DNA of 64,000 nucleotides, filler included, from Porpidia crustulata (Eukaryota), in the NCBI GenBank assembly GCA_964255105.1. It is 3 parts of 3 records of this genome, joined end to end, with 100 filler letters (N's around TTAATTAATTAA, not from the genome) between each part and the next. Parts side by side here need not be neighbours in the genome. Positions count along the whole stretch, not along the records: positions 22,942 to 45,743 come from CAXUWE010000082.1; 2 more parts are not named here. One strand, written 5' to 3'. Below the pieces are notes generated by a model. That model was not told the origin of the DNA and did not search any database. It worked only from the letters and a program-made list of their open reading frames with translations. Position 1 is the first letter of the stretch. Every line of letters begins with the position of its first letter. The translations under genes and the position numbers were made by a program. This document shows, piece by piece, positions 24,126 through 36,720 of the stretch.

Positions 24126-27100
24126 ATGGCACTGGAGGAGGAGGAAGTCAACCAGGAAGATGCCATGGATGACAAAGCTCCTCAGAACGGCAGCAATGGC
24201 AGGCTACATCCCAAGAAGGATGAAGAAGATGAGGAGGAGGAGGACGACGACGACGACGACGAGGAACCGAGATTGAAGTACGCCATACTGACGCAGAGTG
24301 TGAAGTCTCTGTACAGGAACGGTGACGCCACAAGTGCCTTTCTGGCCGCTGGCGACAAGATGGTAAGATGATCGGACTTGAACCTCGCTTTGCGTGGCTG
24401 TGACTAAGGTGTATAGATTGTTGGAACCCACAACGGCAACATTGTAAGCTGTACTAATCATCTATGCCTAGAATCAAGGAGTTGATGTCCTGTACAGCAT
24501 GTATTAGCTTTGCCGTCACTCAAATCAATTCGGATTTATCATGCTCACTCCACATCGATATCTAATTTGTCAATATCTCCATTCCCACCTCCATTAGCGA
24601 CTGCCAAGGGCGATGCCGTAGGCCGGATCGCAGCCGAATATAAAGCTTCCTCTGGACAATCGCCGTCAACCAAAGATGCCTCTTCCCCCGCTTCAAGAAG
24701 CCCTAAGCCTCCTCCAGTGCCCCTTACACCCTCGAATGCTATACACATTGCTTCCTCCTCGATAGATGGAAACGTATGTGTGGCTTCCTTGACCGATACG
24801 AAAGATGTTCTACTCCGGAACTTTGGTCGACCTGTGCAGGCAGTAGCACTGTCTCCTGCATATAAAATTGACCGGTCTTATCTATCTGGTGGAACAGCGG
24901 GGAATTTGATCTTGACAACGGGCGGAAGTCAGGGGAGAAGTTCTACATCCAGTACAACAGGAGGAGTGACTGCGCCAGTTTCGGGGTGGCTCGGTACGAT
25001 AGGCTTGGGAACTAATGCCGGAAAAGACACGGTGCTACATCGCGGAGAAGGGGCTATAAGTACAATAAAATGGTCCTTATCCGGAAAATACGTGGCCTGG
25101 GTCAACGAACATGGCATTAAGTTCATAAGGTCACATTTATACTTAGATTCGGCAGAGGCTGAGTTTTCCTGGAAGCGCTTTGGACACCTAGATCACCCAA
25201 ATCTTCCAGGCTGGGAGGACATGGCAGGTGTTTGGAAACCACATGTTGAATGGATTGACGAATCTGGGCTGGAGACTGATGACTTCAACGTGGCCAGCAG
25301 CAACGGTACTCAAGGACCATCCCAATCCCAAGCGAGCGCCCTTCCACCAGATTCCAAAATGGGCCTGAAGCGTACACAGTATGAAAAATTAGTAATAGGA
25401 TGGTCTGGTACCATCTGGATCATCAACGTCTACCCAGGAGGCCCTGGTGTTGGAAAGGATATTGGCGAGCGTAAGATAGGGCGTGTGGACGTTGTGACAA
25501 TGTAAGAACAGCGAGACCTAGCACTTCTTCTTGCTGACATGGAGTAGTTTACGCACTGATTGTATTATATCTGGAATTTCGCTATATACCCCAAATATAC
25601 TGTTTGTACTTTCATACATAACCCCTGAGGAAGGGACTTCTTCAGTGGAAACGACTCCTAGGCGCGGTGTCCATCGGAGGCAGAACGCGCTTCAACCGGA
25701 AATAAGAATCATAGACATTACGACGAAGGAAGAAGTTTGCATTGCTGATACGTTGAATTTGAGTCGTTTCGAAAGCTTGTCAGCATCGGACTATCATCTC
25801 TGCGTATTGCCCGCCCTCCAAGCTACTTCCAAGGTACCTGCACCCCGAGGAGCCCTTGAAGCCATAGGCGGCAGCATATGGGACGCCAGCATGTACCCCG
25901 CCAGGCTTTTCAGCTCCGCTACTAGTGTTCGTAGTCTTGGAAGTCCGAGTGACAGTAAAGTTCCCAGTGATGCTGACACTGCTACAAGTCTGACAGCAGC
26001 AAGAGCGGAGGACTTGCCTCATCCGAGCCTTTTGACGCGTGGCGTAAAGGTTTTTATCCATAGTCCTTACGACTGTGTTCTTGCCACGAAGCCAGGTCCT
26101 GCCGATAACTTCAGCTGGCTGGTCAGCCACAATAAATATGAAGAAGCATGGAACCTACTCGACCAGCATCCAGAGGCGGTTAGTAACCAATCTGAGAATA
26201 CTTTCGACAGCGCGCCAAGTACTCCAACCAAAGTCAAAGGTAGTCTTCAAGACTTCTTCGCGGATGATAGCTCGCAAGGAACCGAATCGGTGGCCAAGAA
26301 TTGGAACTCCCAGGCGGAGAAAGAAAAGAGACGTATTGGCGAGAAATGGCTGCAGCATCTTACGTCCACCAAAGATTGGGCCAAAGCGGGAAGAGTGGCT
26401 GGCCAAGTTCTCAGAACCTCTTCCAGCTGGGATCACTGGGTATGGGTTTTTGCGCAGGCCAACAAACATGATGAGATTGCGCCATACATACCCACTACGC
26501 AAGTACGGCCACCATTACCGTCTCTCATCTATGAAGTCATGCTCGGTCATTACGTCTCAACAAATATATCCAAACTCAAGGAATACCTAGAACGATGGCC
26601 TTCCGAGCTCTATAATGCTGAAGGCATAATTGACGCTGTGAGAGGGCGTCTGAAAGCAGGAGATATAAGAGAAGACTCGGTCGAAGACGGCACACGAGGC
26701 CGAGATTGGCGTATTCTTATGACATGCCTAGCGAAGCTGTGCATCACGGACGGTCGCCCGCGAAAAGCGCTAGGATGCTACATCCAGCTTCGAGATGCTG
26801 ATGCAGCCATGGCCCTTATTAGCGAAAATCACCTCGTCGACGCGGTTTCTGACGACATCCCAGGCTTCATTCTCCTGCGAGTCTCCAAAGACCAACAGAA
26901 GAACGCTCCTCTCGCTGAACTAGATGAAGCCACCCAGGAGCCCATCCGTTTGCTTGTTGATGAAGCACACCACGGTATTGTAAGGCCTGAAACCGTCATC
27001 TCCCAGCTGACCAAACACTACGGCATCCCCAATCCCTACCTCTTCTTCTACTTCCGAGCCCTGTGGAATGGCGACACCACCTCCGCCGCTGAAGACGTAG

Positions 27101-28068
27101 GACATAATCAGAACTCATCAGTCTCGTCTTTGCGTGGTCTACGAGCAACATCACAAACCCTCGCTGCTACGGAAGGAAAATCCCTCGTCTCCGACTTTGC
27201 CGACGATGCTCTTCTAGAATTCGCAGAATATGACCGCGGCCTTCTGATGACATTCCTCAAAACCTCCCAATCATATACACTGCAGACTGCCTCTACCATC
27301 TGCGAACAGCGCAATTACGTCCCGGAGCTCGTCTACCTTCTATCCAAAGAAGGCCGCACGACCCAAGCCCTCCGCCTCATTATCGACCAGCTCGGCGACG
27401 TGTCGCAAGCCATCGCTTTCGCGAAAGAGCAGAACGACAAGGGTTTATGGGAAGACCTACTAGGCTACTCGATGAACAAGCCGCGCTTTATCCGTGGCTT
27501 GCTAGAGGAAGTTGGGACAGCCATCGATCCTGTAACGCTCGTGCGACGGATACCAGCGGGATTGGAAATCGAGGACCTGAAGCAGGGGCTCAGCAGAATG
27601 ATAAAGGAGTACGAGATCCAGCACAGCATCTCCTCCGGCGTCGCCCAGGTCCTCCGCGGCGAAGTTGCCGCCTCGATCGCCGTCAGAAGCGCCGGTCAGC
27701 GCAAAGGCATCCGCTTCGACATCTCCCGAACCCACCCCGCCAACGAAGCCCAAAATCACGAACGACCGAAAGCCCAACCCGTGAAGGTGAAACCAGGTCA
27801 CTGTGCCGGCTGCGCAAGGTCTTACTCCGATGAAGATCGGCAGATCCTCGTCGCGTTCCAATGCGCCCACGTCTTCCACCTGGCCTGCCTACTCAGCTAT
27901 GGCAAGAAAGAGCAAGAGGTACCGGAGGCGGTCGAGAAGCTAGCAGACGGCGTGGAGCTAGATGTTGAGTTTGATAGGAGCGTGGGGCCCAAGGTCGACC
28001 GGGCGGCATTACTCAGAGGTGTCGTTGAGGGCGGTTGTCCGCGGGAGGGGTGTGCTGGTGAGGGCTGA
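24126..28068 (+). CDS. VPS41: Vacuolar protein sorting protein 41 (HOPS subunit), 4 exons
   Basis: Acidic N-terminus then EEPRLKY..DATSAFL..DKM|IVGTHNGNI; NFGRPVQAVALSP; clathrin-repeat region (YVPELVYLLSKEG..AIAFAKEQND..LWEDL); C-terminal RING-like C..C..CAHVFHLAC. Confidence 0.95.
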
Positions 28069-28819
28069 GGACTGAGTGAAGTATGAACCGCGCTGGTCAC
28101 AAAATGCAACGCTCCGGATCGCCAGACCTATGAGACGTCAGTGAATGAATCTGACAGAGGAGTTTCGATATACGACTCTTCCACGCCACGGCAATCAGAG
28201 AGACATCGTCGACCTCGTCGTCGTCGCCAAGCCAGTAACTAGCTCCTTGGCCCTTATCCAGACCCTCATGGTCTCGATCCTATTGCTACGGCATCTCCGA
28301 TCCTCCATCATCGTTCTCACTCCTGGTTAACCTCCACTTCCAATCTCCATTTAATTCCTGGCCATGAACCACTCGCCCCAATCTATGCCGCCAAACCCTT
28401 CCTCTCGTCTCGCTGGTGGACAACAGCTAGAGCTTCAGTTTGAGGGTATACGTTGGCGCCGGTGTTGTCAGAGGGGTGATATGGGAATTGAGACGAGATA
28501 TGAACATGTAGCATTTCAGCGGCATGCATATAGGCGGCGAGGGTAATCGGGTGAGGCTTTTCAGATTAAAAAAGTATCCCATAAAGCCTACCTTACAGGG
28601 TGCAATAACCACGCATAATTGACACAATGGTTCCACAAACTTGTTGCATATTATAGGCTAAGACTTGTTACATACAGATTGAATTCTCCCTTAAAAGGGT
28701 AAATCCTATAACCACTAATTATTATCTGCAACAATTGTGCCGAGAAACGTAACCACGCTGTTGGGATACCGGCAACTGCCTGGATTAAACAATGGTATCG
28801 CCTAGCTTGATCACTGCGA

Positions 28820-29946
28820 TTAATTGATCAAGGCTCCAGCCGCATTGCCCATGTAAGCAACGATCATCACAGCAAAGATCATGTCCCAGTTCACACGATT
28901 TGGCTCGATTGCGCGGTTTCTTGTCGGAGTCGGACTCGGAGTAATAGTACCAGACGTGGCTGTGGCAGAGTTTGACACTGAGCCGGAGCTAGCTGAATTG
29001 GGCCTTGACTGCGATGATGATGTCTTGGTCGTGGCCATAGTGGCACTCGTCATCGTGGATGCTGTAGTAATAGTTGCGGTCGACAATGATGGAGGAGTAA
29101 AAGGTGATCCAGCAGTCGAATTCCCTGAGACTGAAGAGACAGTGATGGGACTAATCCCGGCTGGACCAGTGGTTACTGAGGTGGCCGAGCCGAGAGAAGT
29201 TGAAGACTGAGATACACTGGATGAGGTAGCAGTCCCACAATATCCCGGGGTTGTTGTCACTGTGACCGTGACAGTTGCAGGAGATGATACTATGAAGTAT
29301 TAGTAACTAAATCCTTGCAGGTAGATGGGAGAATCCAACCTTGGCGAGCGGCAATCATAGCTGCTTGGACCGTGATGGCGTTGAAGGCATGGGCGGGCTC
29401 GGTCATCTGTACTGTACGCGTCCTGGTTGTGGTGCTATAGGTGGTAGTCGTGGTGTAGATGGTGCTTAAGGCTACGTATATTGGTGAGCTGGAACTCCTT
29501 GATCAACTTAATTTTAGCAGGCTTACCGTGACGTGGTGAATCAGACAACTCTTGGGCAAGCCAAGCAATGTAATCCTCACGAGCTTTCATGCTAGCTATA
29601 TGGTGAGAATTAGCCCTCTGGATTGATTTTCTCGAGAGCCAAGTAATTTACTTACATCTTTGCTCCCATTGAATCCTTGCACGACAGCCACGAGGACTTG
29701 ACTCGCAGTTTACTGCAACGGGGTCCAATCCCACGTCACTCGCCACATCTTAATAGCCAATATCATCAGTAGAGAAACTTCTAAGCCGAGATGGAGCCAC
29801 AGAACAGGCATACCGGGGATAGAGTCTACCACGTGGGGGGTTGGAGCTCTGGCAAATCCTGAACAAATGGACTTACGTGACGCTGCTAAAGAAATCGCGG
29901 CTATAGTGCTCACAAAAGACACCATAACGATCTTGAAAGTATGCAT
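28820..29946 (-). CDS. Secreted Ser/Thr-rich, probably GPI-anchored protein (6 predicted exons incl. a 12-nt microexon)
   Basis: Signal peptide MHTFKIVMVSFVSTIAAISLAAS. Manual splicing through GT-AG introns gives an open frame ..HSIPDVASDVGLDPVAVNCESSPRGCRARIQWEQRSSMKAREDY..TIYTTTTTY..VTVTVTTTPGYC.., then an S/T tract and a hydrophobic C-terminus. Confidence 0.65.
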
Positions 29947-30666
29947 CTTGACGATACTAGCTCGCTACAACTGGAATAAGTTTTACAGTCTAATATGCTG
30001 GATGAAGCTGGAGCAATGCTTTATGGAAGAAGTCGATGGGATTTAGAGTGCTCCAAGATGTATGATATCGATGTGGATGAAGAAGAGGATCGATATAATT
30101 TGGGAGGTCTATATGGTAATCCACTAGGACAGATGCGACTACCCAATGTGGACATTCATTCACACCAATGTACGCTTTTGTTGCCGTGTCTATATTCACC
30201 TTCAGTATCTTCCGATTCTTTCTCGGCTGATGCAATTGCTAACGTTTAGCAGGTATCTCTCATTTTGACAAGATATACCAATGAATCCTCAGTATGAAAT
30301 AAGATGCTAGATTCAGGGGTACACGCATTGGTACAGTGTCAACACAATCTACCTGTCGAGCAGTAGCGTATCTAGGTACTTACCTAGTGCATGTGGAACG
30401 CCATTGGTGGTACCTCCCTTAAATAAGGTGTTGATGCTCAGGATATCTACCTGCCTAGCGATAGGGTTTGACTCACTAGACGTAGAAGGTGAGAGTCCAA
30501 AACTCGTCACGACAACGTTCTCTTCCTCACCTTACCTCTCGTCCCGAATACCTCTGACCACGCTCGTTTACAAAATTTCGCCCTCTCTTCGTGTACAGCC
30601 ATCCACACGACCGTAATTGCATTCGTATTCTTCTTGCTACCTTGTGCCTTTTCAATTGCAGCCACA

Positions 30667-32663
30667 ATGCATCTCTTTGGCGCTTTGCTTGCAGGATTCG
30701 TGGCCTCGGGAAGCTTCCATGTTGCTGCTATTCCTCAAGGTATGTTGAGAGGCTCTGTGACATCCACAGAGCTGAGTGCCATTGCTGAGAGGGTGGGTTA
30801 GAATTCAGACCAGGCAATGATCTATCAGCTCGTACCAATGATGGTGAGTCTTCTGCAATCGCTAGCATGTATCTTATCTTGCACTGCTTGGCCTATCTAG
30901 TACTTCATATTCTGTGTTGCCGCGTTTACTGTGTCGTATCTGTAGCTTCCATTCTATGGATACGCAGCAACGACTCGGTGTAATCTTTAGAGCAAACAAG
31001 CCACGCAACCGACCTACTATCTCTAACTTGTTGTCTTTGCTAATCTACCTGCTTCATCACAGACTTACCCATAATCTATCCAGCTAAAGACAGCAGCCAA
31101 CCCTCAGCTTCAGAAGTCACTAGTCTCCCTACCAAAGACCAGCCCTCCACAAGCTCTTCGAAAGACACGACTCTAGTTGGTGATAGCCTTCCAGTATTGA
31201 CTGGAACAGATAAGACAACGATTCAGCCCGGAATCCCGACAATACAGCCAAGCCTTTCGTCAATGGATCGAGACACAATGACGGCGAAGGACAAGACTAC
31301 TACATCCACTATAACGCCAGCAAAAGATCAGAGTTCCACGTCTACACCAACCAAAGACCAGACTTCGTCTTCGGTGGCTGCAAAAGATCAGAGTTCCACG
31401 GCTACACCAGCGAAAGACCAGACTTCATCTTCGGTAGCCGCAAAATATCAGAGTTCTTCCTCTGTACCGGTCAAGGATCAATCCTCTTCTTCGATGCCTG
31501 CCAAAGATCAAACTTCGACTTTGCTATCTTCAAAGGATAAAAGCACATATTCAATGCCCAGTAAGGACCAGAGTTCCTCTCCAACTTCGGCCAAAGACCA
31601 GCCGTCAACTTCAGAGTCTTTAAAAGACCAGATTTCAGCCTCGCTCGCGGCCAAAGACTCAACAACATCTCCAAAGTCTGAAACTTCGCCATCAAAAACC
31701 GAGATCCATAAGACAGAAACAGCTATGACAAGCTCCACCGTGTCGTCCGTCGTTGTCTATTCCTTTACATTACCGCTCAGCACAGCCCCGATTTCAGCAG
31801 TCTTGAGCAAATCTGAAAGCTCGGCGTCCGTTGTAATCTCAAGCTTTACTGTGCCATCAGTAATCTATTCTTTCACGATACCGTCCTCCATCCTAGAATC
31901 ACGCACCTCAGTGTCAGTATCGGTCCCAAGCTCCAAACCTGAAGTGGCTGGATCCCCGACTAAATCGGAGCAGCCGATCGGCGGTAAGGACTCGAGCTCA
32001 ATAACGAAGATACCTTACTACAATACTTCATCGTCTGTCGTTCCTCTTTGGACAGCTGACATGCTTGGTAATGCTTATGGCGGAGGATTTATTAATATAC
32101 CCTCGATATATGTGACGTTGGCCCCTACCCCTACTACTAGCGCCAAGGGTGTACCTCCAGGCTACGGGTACTCTCTCAAGCCAGAGACTCAATCGGCAGA
32201 TAAATCAAGTTTCTCAAATGACAAAGCAGGACTTGGTGGTTCTCAATCCCAAACTGTTGCCATTTCGGGTAGTGGCGTATCATACACGACCAATCAATAT
32301 GGAATCCCTACCTTTGGAGCACTGTCATCCACAGGCATCAAAGATTGTTGTGGTGACTCGACTACCTTGTCAGTAGGAAAGATAGACAGTTCTGGTATAC
32401 AATTGTCGCCTCTGATCGGAGGCCTAAGTGCCTTGGAGTCATCAGCTACAAGTTATACATTTGGACCGATTTTAGCGGCACCTAGTGGCACTGGGCCATA
32501 TGGAGGTAATTCTTCTCTGCCGAATCGAAATGGATCTAGTAATGGGACTGGGGCATTGCTCAATCCCACATCTCTACCAGAATATAGCGCGCTTGCGATC
32601 AAAAACACCATCGGGTTCGCTGCAGGCATTCTCGGGATGATGGTCTTTGTCTTCCTCATCTAA
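30667..32663 (+). CDS. Secreted Ser/Thr-rich cell-wall/GPI-anchored protein with KDQ tandem repeats
   Basis: Exon 1 signal peptide MHLFGALLAGFVASGSFHVAAIPQ, short exon 2, large exon from 31063 in frame with the 488-aa ORF. C-terminal hydrophobic tail IGFAAGILGMMVFVFLI. Confidence 0.75.
31280..31660 (+). repeat. Coding 30-nt tandem repeat (xKDQxSxxxx) with 60-nt higher-order unit
   Basis: 31321-31380 and 31381-31440 are near-identical. About 12 KD(Q) units at 10-aa spacing. Confidence 0.85.
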
Positions 32664-33447
32664 GATTCGGGGTTTATGGGATTTTATGGCCGAGCGCCAT
32701 AGTACGAAGCTTACACACCGTTGAGGTGATAGATGGGTGTTATTTGCTGTTAATCGCTTGTAAGAAACTCTCTAATTGATAATCACCAGCGCGCCTTTAC
32801 AGAAGCGATATTTTCAGCGACGCTGCTCCGGGTGTTTGCTGTAGCACGAATTAATAGTTATTTTGATGGTCTATCTACTGGTTTTGAGTTAACTTTGCGT
32901 GATCATAAGGAGTGAGAGGGAGGCTCATTCCAAGGCTAAGCCGAAGATCCTCAGTGAACGCGTTCATATATGTTAGTATTCTTTTGCTTCGGTAACACTT
33001 CTAATCTACCTGCGCATCTTACAAAAATTCGGTACCCTTATGTAAACTTTTCCGTGATCAAGCGGCCTCTCCCTCTGAATGAACACTCCACACAGCTTAT
33101 CGCCATCGCTGGACACGTGAATGCGTTTAGGGGCGGTTTGTGGCGGTCTTTTCCAGCCTGGGACTGGTTGATTTTCGGGGATTGGAATTGCATCGACCCC
33201 TGAAACTCTCCATTGACGGATCGAGGCCAGCTATGATGCTCGCTGGATGACTTCTTTCATGTGTAAGAGCGAGGTAGCGGGGACAGTGTTGTGGAGCCGG
33301 TAGAATGGAGCTGGCGTGAGTTTGATCGAGGACGCTTGGAATGCTTTTTATGTCGACTTCGGTTGATGGTTTCTTGGCCTTTCCGAAAAGGGTTTTGAGC
33401 TTGATGCTACGATTCCGTTGCAATCTAGCTTGACCAAGAGCTTGGAG

Positions 33448-34050
33448 TTACTGCTGCCCTTGCTGCATGGTCGTTTGGAGTTGATAGACCTGCGGGAAAT
33501 CAGCTAAAATTTTCAAGTTGATCCAATGGTGAGGTCTGAAGCGCTTGCCTCCATCTTCTTGCTCTCGCTTTTCTCTTGCATGTCTCCTATTATCTTTTCT
33601 ATCCGTTTGCTGGAAATCTTTTTAGCCTTGTTTCCTTAATGGCTTCCCAGACCTGAAGAGATGGGCATACATTTCTTTCTCGATGTACTCCAGACGTCCA
33701 TCCACTGCTAATATCGCTTCGCTCCTTTCCTGCTTCAACAGGACCGGCCCGACCAATTTGTAGATTTTGGCTTCCGAGGGGAGGTTGGAGAATTCCTGTG
33801 TGGAGATTCGTCAATTCCTGAGTATAAGCTTGTTGTGGGGAGTGGAGGCATGCCTTCTGCACGCCCTGGTTTTCCTGCTGCTGCGACTCGAGCTTCTGGC
33901 GCGCTTCGATGTTGGTTTGAAGGTCTGCGAAAGTGGGGTTAGCAGAGGTTCTCTCAAAACCTTTGATGCAAATTGGGGAAGACGAGAACCTTGCTGAAGA
34001 TTTTGATATTCTTCCGAGAGGCTTTGAAGCCGTTGTTGGGTGTCGGACAT
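33448..34050 (-). CDS. YKE2: Prefoldin subunit 6 (5 exons, two GC-AG introns)
   Basis: Spliced product MSDTQQRLQSLSEEYQNLQQ|DLQTNIEARQKLESQQQENQGVQK|EFSNLPSEAKIYKLVGPVLLKQEK..VDGRLEYIEKEI|KRIEK..KKME|VYQLQ..*. IYKLVGPVLLKQ is the PFDN6 signature. Confidence 0.92.
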
Positions 34051-34480
34051 TTTTAATGTTTATGGGGATATTGGTTATGGTGAGAAAGGAGAGGTTGATA
34101 GGGCTAGCGGGCGGCTCGTTACCGCGTCGTCATAGCAAAGAGCCGCAATATGTGATTTTAGCGACGACTACCTGCTTTAGTAAACAAACCTGAGTGTAGA
34201 CTTTTTACTAGACAGACCTGCAATTAGAACTTGGCCTACGCAGACATTGACTTTCACCACCCTTTCCCGCTTACTGTGCCTAAATCCGTTTTGGTTTCTA
34301 GCTGGATCATCCTCAAGCGCCCCTGTGCCTTTCTAAGATTCACCTCGCGGAAGCCTAGCTATTAGAGGATAAGTCAGCTAGTATCATAGGACTCGGGGAC
34401 ATTGCCAGTCGACACCTGAGTTTTTTGCCAATACTCATTATTGGGCGCAGTCTTTCGATTACGCGACATCGAACGCCAGG

Positions 34481-35986
34481 ATGAGCAACACGGACTTCCT
34501 AGGGCGCGCTATAGACGTGGTGAAGAAAGCTATAGAGAATGACACTGCGGGCGAATATGAAAAGGCTTACCAGCTATATTACCAGTCGTTGGAGCTGTTC
34601 ATGCTAGCACTAAAATGGGAAAAGAACCCCAAATCAAAAGATATGATTCGGGCGAAAGCGGGGGAATATATGGAAAGAGCCGAGAAGCTGAAAAATCACT
34701 TGGCCGATGGTGAAAAGGGGAACAAGAAGAAGCCGGCGGCTGTAGGGTCAAATGGGAAGGTTTCAGGTGGAGGTGGGAAGGGAAAGTACGTGCATTCAAG
34801 GCCTACGGTGGAATGGTGTATGCCTCGCCATGAATTTAGGCTGACCAAGGGAACTCGTGTAGGGACGACGATGATGACGAACAAGATCCCGAGGCAAAGA
34901 AGCTACGGGGTGCGCTACAAGGGGCTATTTTGACTGACAAGCCGAACATCAAGTGGGAAGATGTGGCAGGTTTAGAAGGAGCCAAAGAGGCCCTGAAAGA
35001 AGCTGTAATATTACCCATCAAATTTCCACACCTATTCGTTGGTAAGCGGCAGCCTTGGAAGGGCATATTACTATACGGGCCCCCTGGAACTGGTAAATCA
35101 TATTTGGCAAAAGCCGTGGCTACTGAGGCCAATAGTACCTTCTTTAGTGTAAGCAGTAGTGATTTGGTGTCTAAATGGATGGGAGAAAGTGAAAGGTGAG
35201 AGTGCCTGCTTAAAGTGAGGCTGTCATAGAAAGAGGCTTACCCACTTGAATCAGGTTGGTAAAGCAATTATTTAACATGGCCCGAGAAAACAAGCCTTCA
35301 ATCATCTTCATCGATGAAGTTGACGCGCTTTGCGGTCCTCGAGGAGAAGGCGAGTCCGAAGCTTCACGAAGGATAAAAACAGAGCTCCTAGTTCAGATGG
35401 ACGGTGTGGGGCGAGATTCGAAAGGCGTCCTCATCCTTGGTGCCACCAACATTCCCTGGCAATTAGACGCCGCCATTCGAAGAAGATTTCAGCGAAGAGT
35501 CCATATAAGTCTGCCAGACATGCCTGGAAGGATGAAGATGTTTGAACTCGCCATTGGTACTACGCCCTGTGACCTGAAGCCTGCGGACTTTAAGACGCTT
35601 GGCCAGATGAGTGAGGGGTATTCCGGAAGCGATATTGCTATAGCGGTACAAGACGCTCTAATGCAGCCGGTGCGGAAGATCCAGACTGCTACGCATTATA
35701 AGAAGGTGATATTATTCCCTCCACATGTATCCCTCAGTACAGAATACTGATGTTCTCACACCAGGTCACCGTGGAAGGCGAAGAAAAACTAACCCCTTGC
35801 TCCCCCGGCGATGCTGGCGCAATTGAAATGTCCTGGACAGAAGTTGATTCGGACAAATTGCTCGAGCCGCCGCTTGTATTGAAAGACTTTATCAAAGCGG
35901 TGAAAGGAGCAAGGCCGACTGTAAGTCAGGATGATATTAAGAAAAGCGCGGAGTGGACGGCGGAGTTCGGAAGTGAAGGAGGATGA
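34481..35986 (+). CDS. VPS4: Vps4 AAA-ATPase (ESCRT-III disassembly), 4 exons
   Basis: MIT domain [70 protein letters not shown]-terminal EFGSEG. Confidence 0.97.
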
Positions 35987-36720
35987 TGTGATGATGAATG
36001 ATTCAAATTTATGACAACGAGAGCGTAGCCAAGGCGCATAGGAGTTGACGTTGGGGTTTGTGGGGCATTTAACTACAACTGGACCATTGGTAATGAGATT
36101 ACCATCGTGGAAGCAATACAATACACTATTAACCTTTCAGCGATAAGCACTCTTGTCCAGATATAAATTCCTGAATATAGGTAATTGTAAGAGCAAAATT
36201 TCATAATCGATCAGGTGGCAGTAAGGTATTTAATTGGAGGATATTTTTTTCATCCGTTTGTCGTCGACAAGCTATAGCAACCCTTGACGCGGTCGGAGCT
36301 TTCTGATGTAGCTGCGCACACTTGAGAAAGAAGTCCAATTCGTCAAGTCGGGGAACCAGAGGCTGTAAGGCATGGAGAGCGGAAAGCGAGGGGGCGAGAT
36401 CAGGGGGTTTTGGTAAGCAGACTAGAGAACAGTGATACTTCAACACATCGTTGAGGTTTGCGTTCGTAAATTACATCATAGATAAATCAATAAAGATAAG
36501 AATAGAGATGAACGCGAAATGTTGTTATCGATAAGGTGGTCTAGTGTTCGAAGTAGATATGTGATACAGCTAAGTATGCCTCAGGCGAGAAATAGACGAT
36601 ACGACTATCCACTTAAATAGACTGTATTAGTCTGCTGGCACGTTATTATATAAGTTCAAGCACTTTGGTCGCTTTGGAAAAATTGTTGAGATCTCACCCG
36701 CCATTCCCCTTGTGACTGCC

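Noticed and set aside
31280..31660. Periodic repeats considered as a CRISPR-like array
   Set aside because: In-frame coding repeats without unique spacers in a eukaryotic gene.
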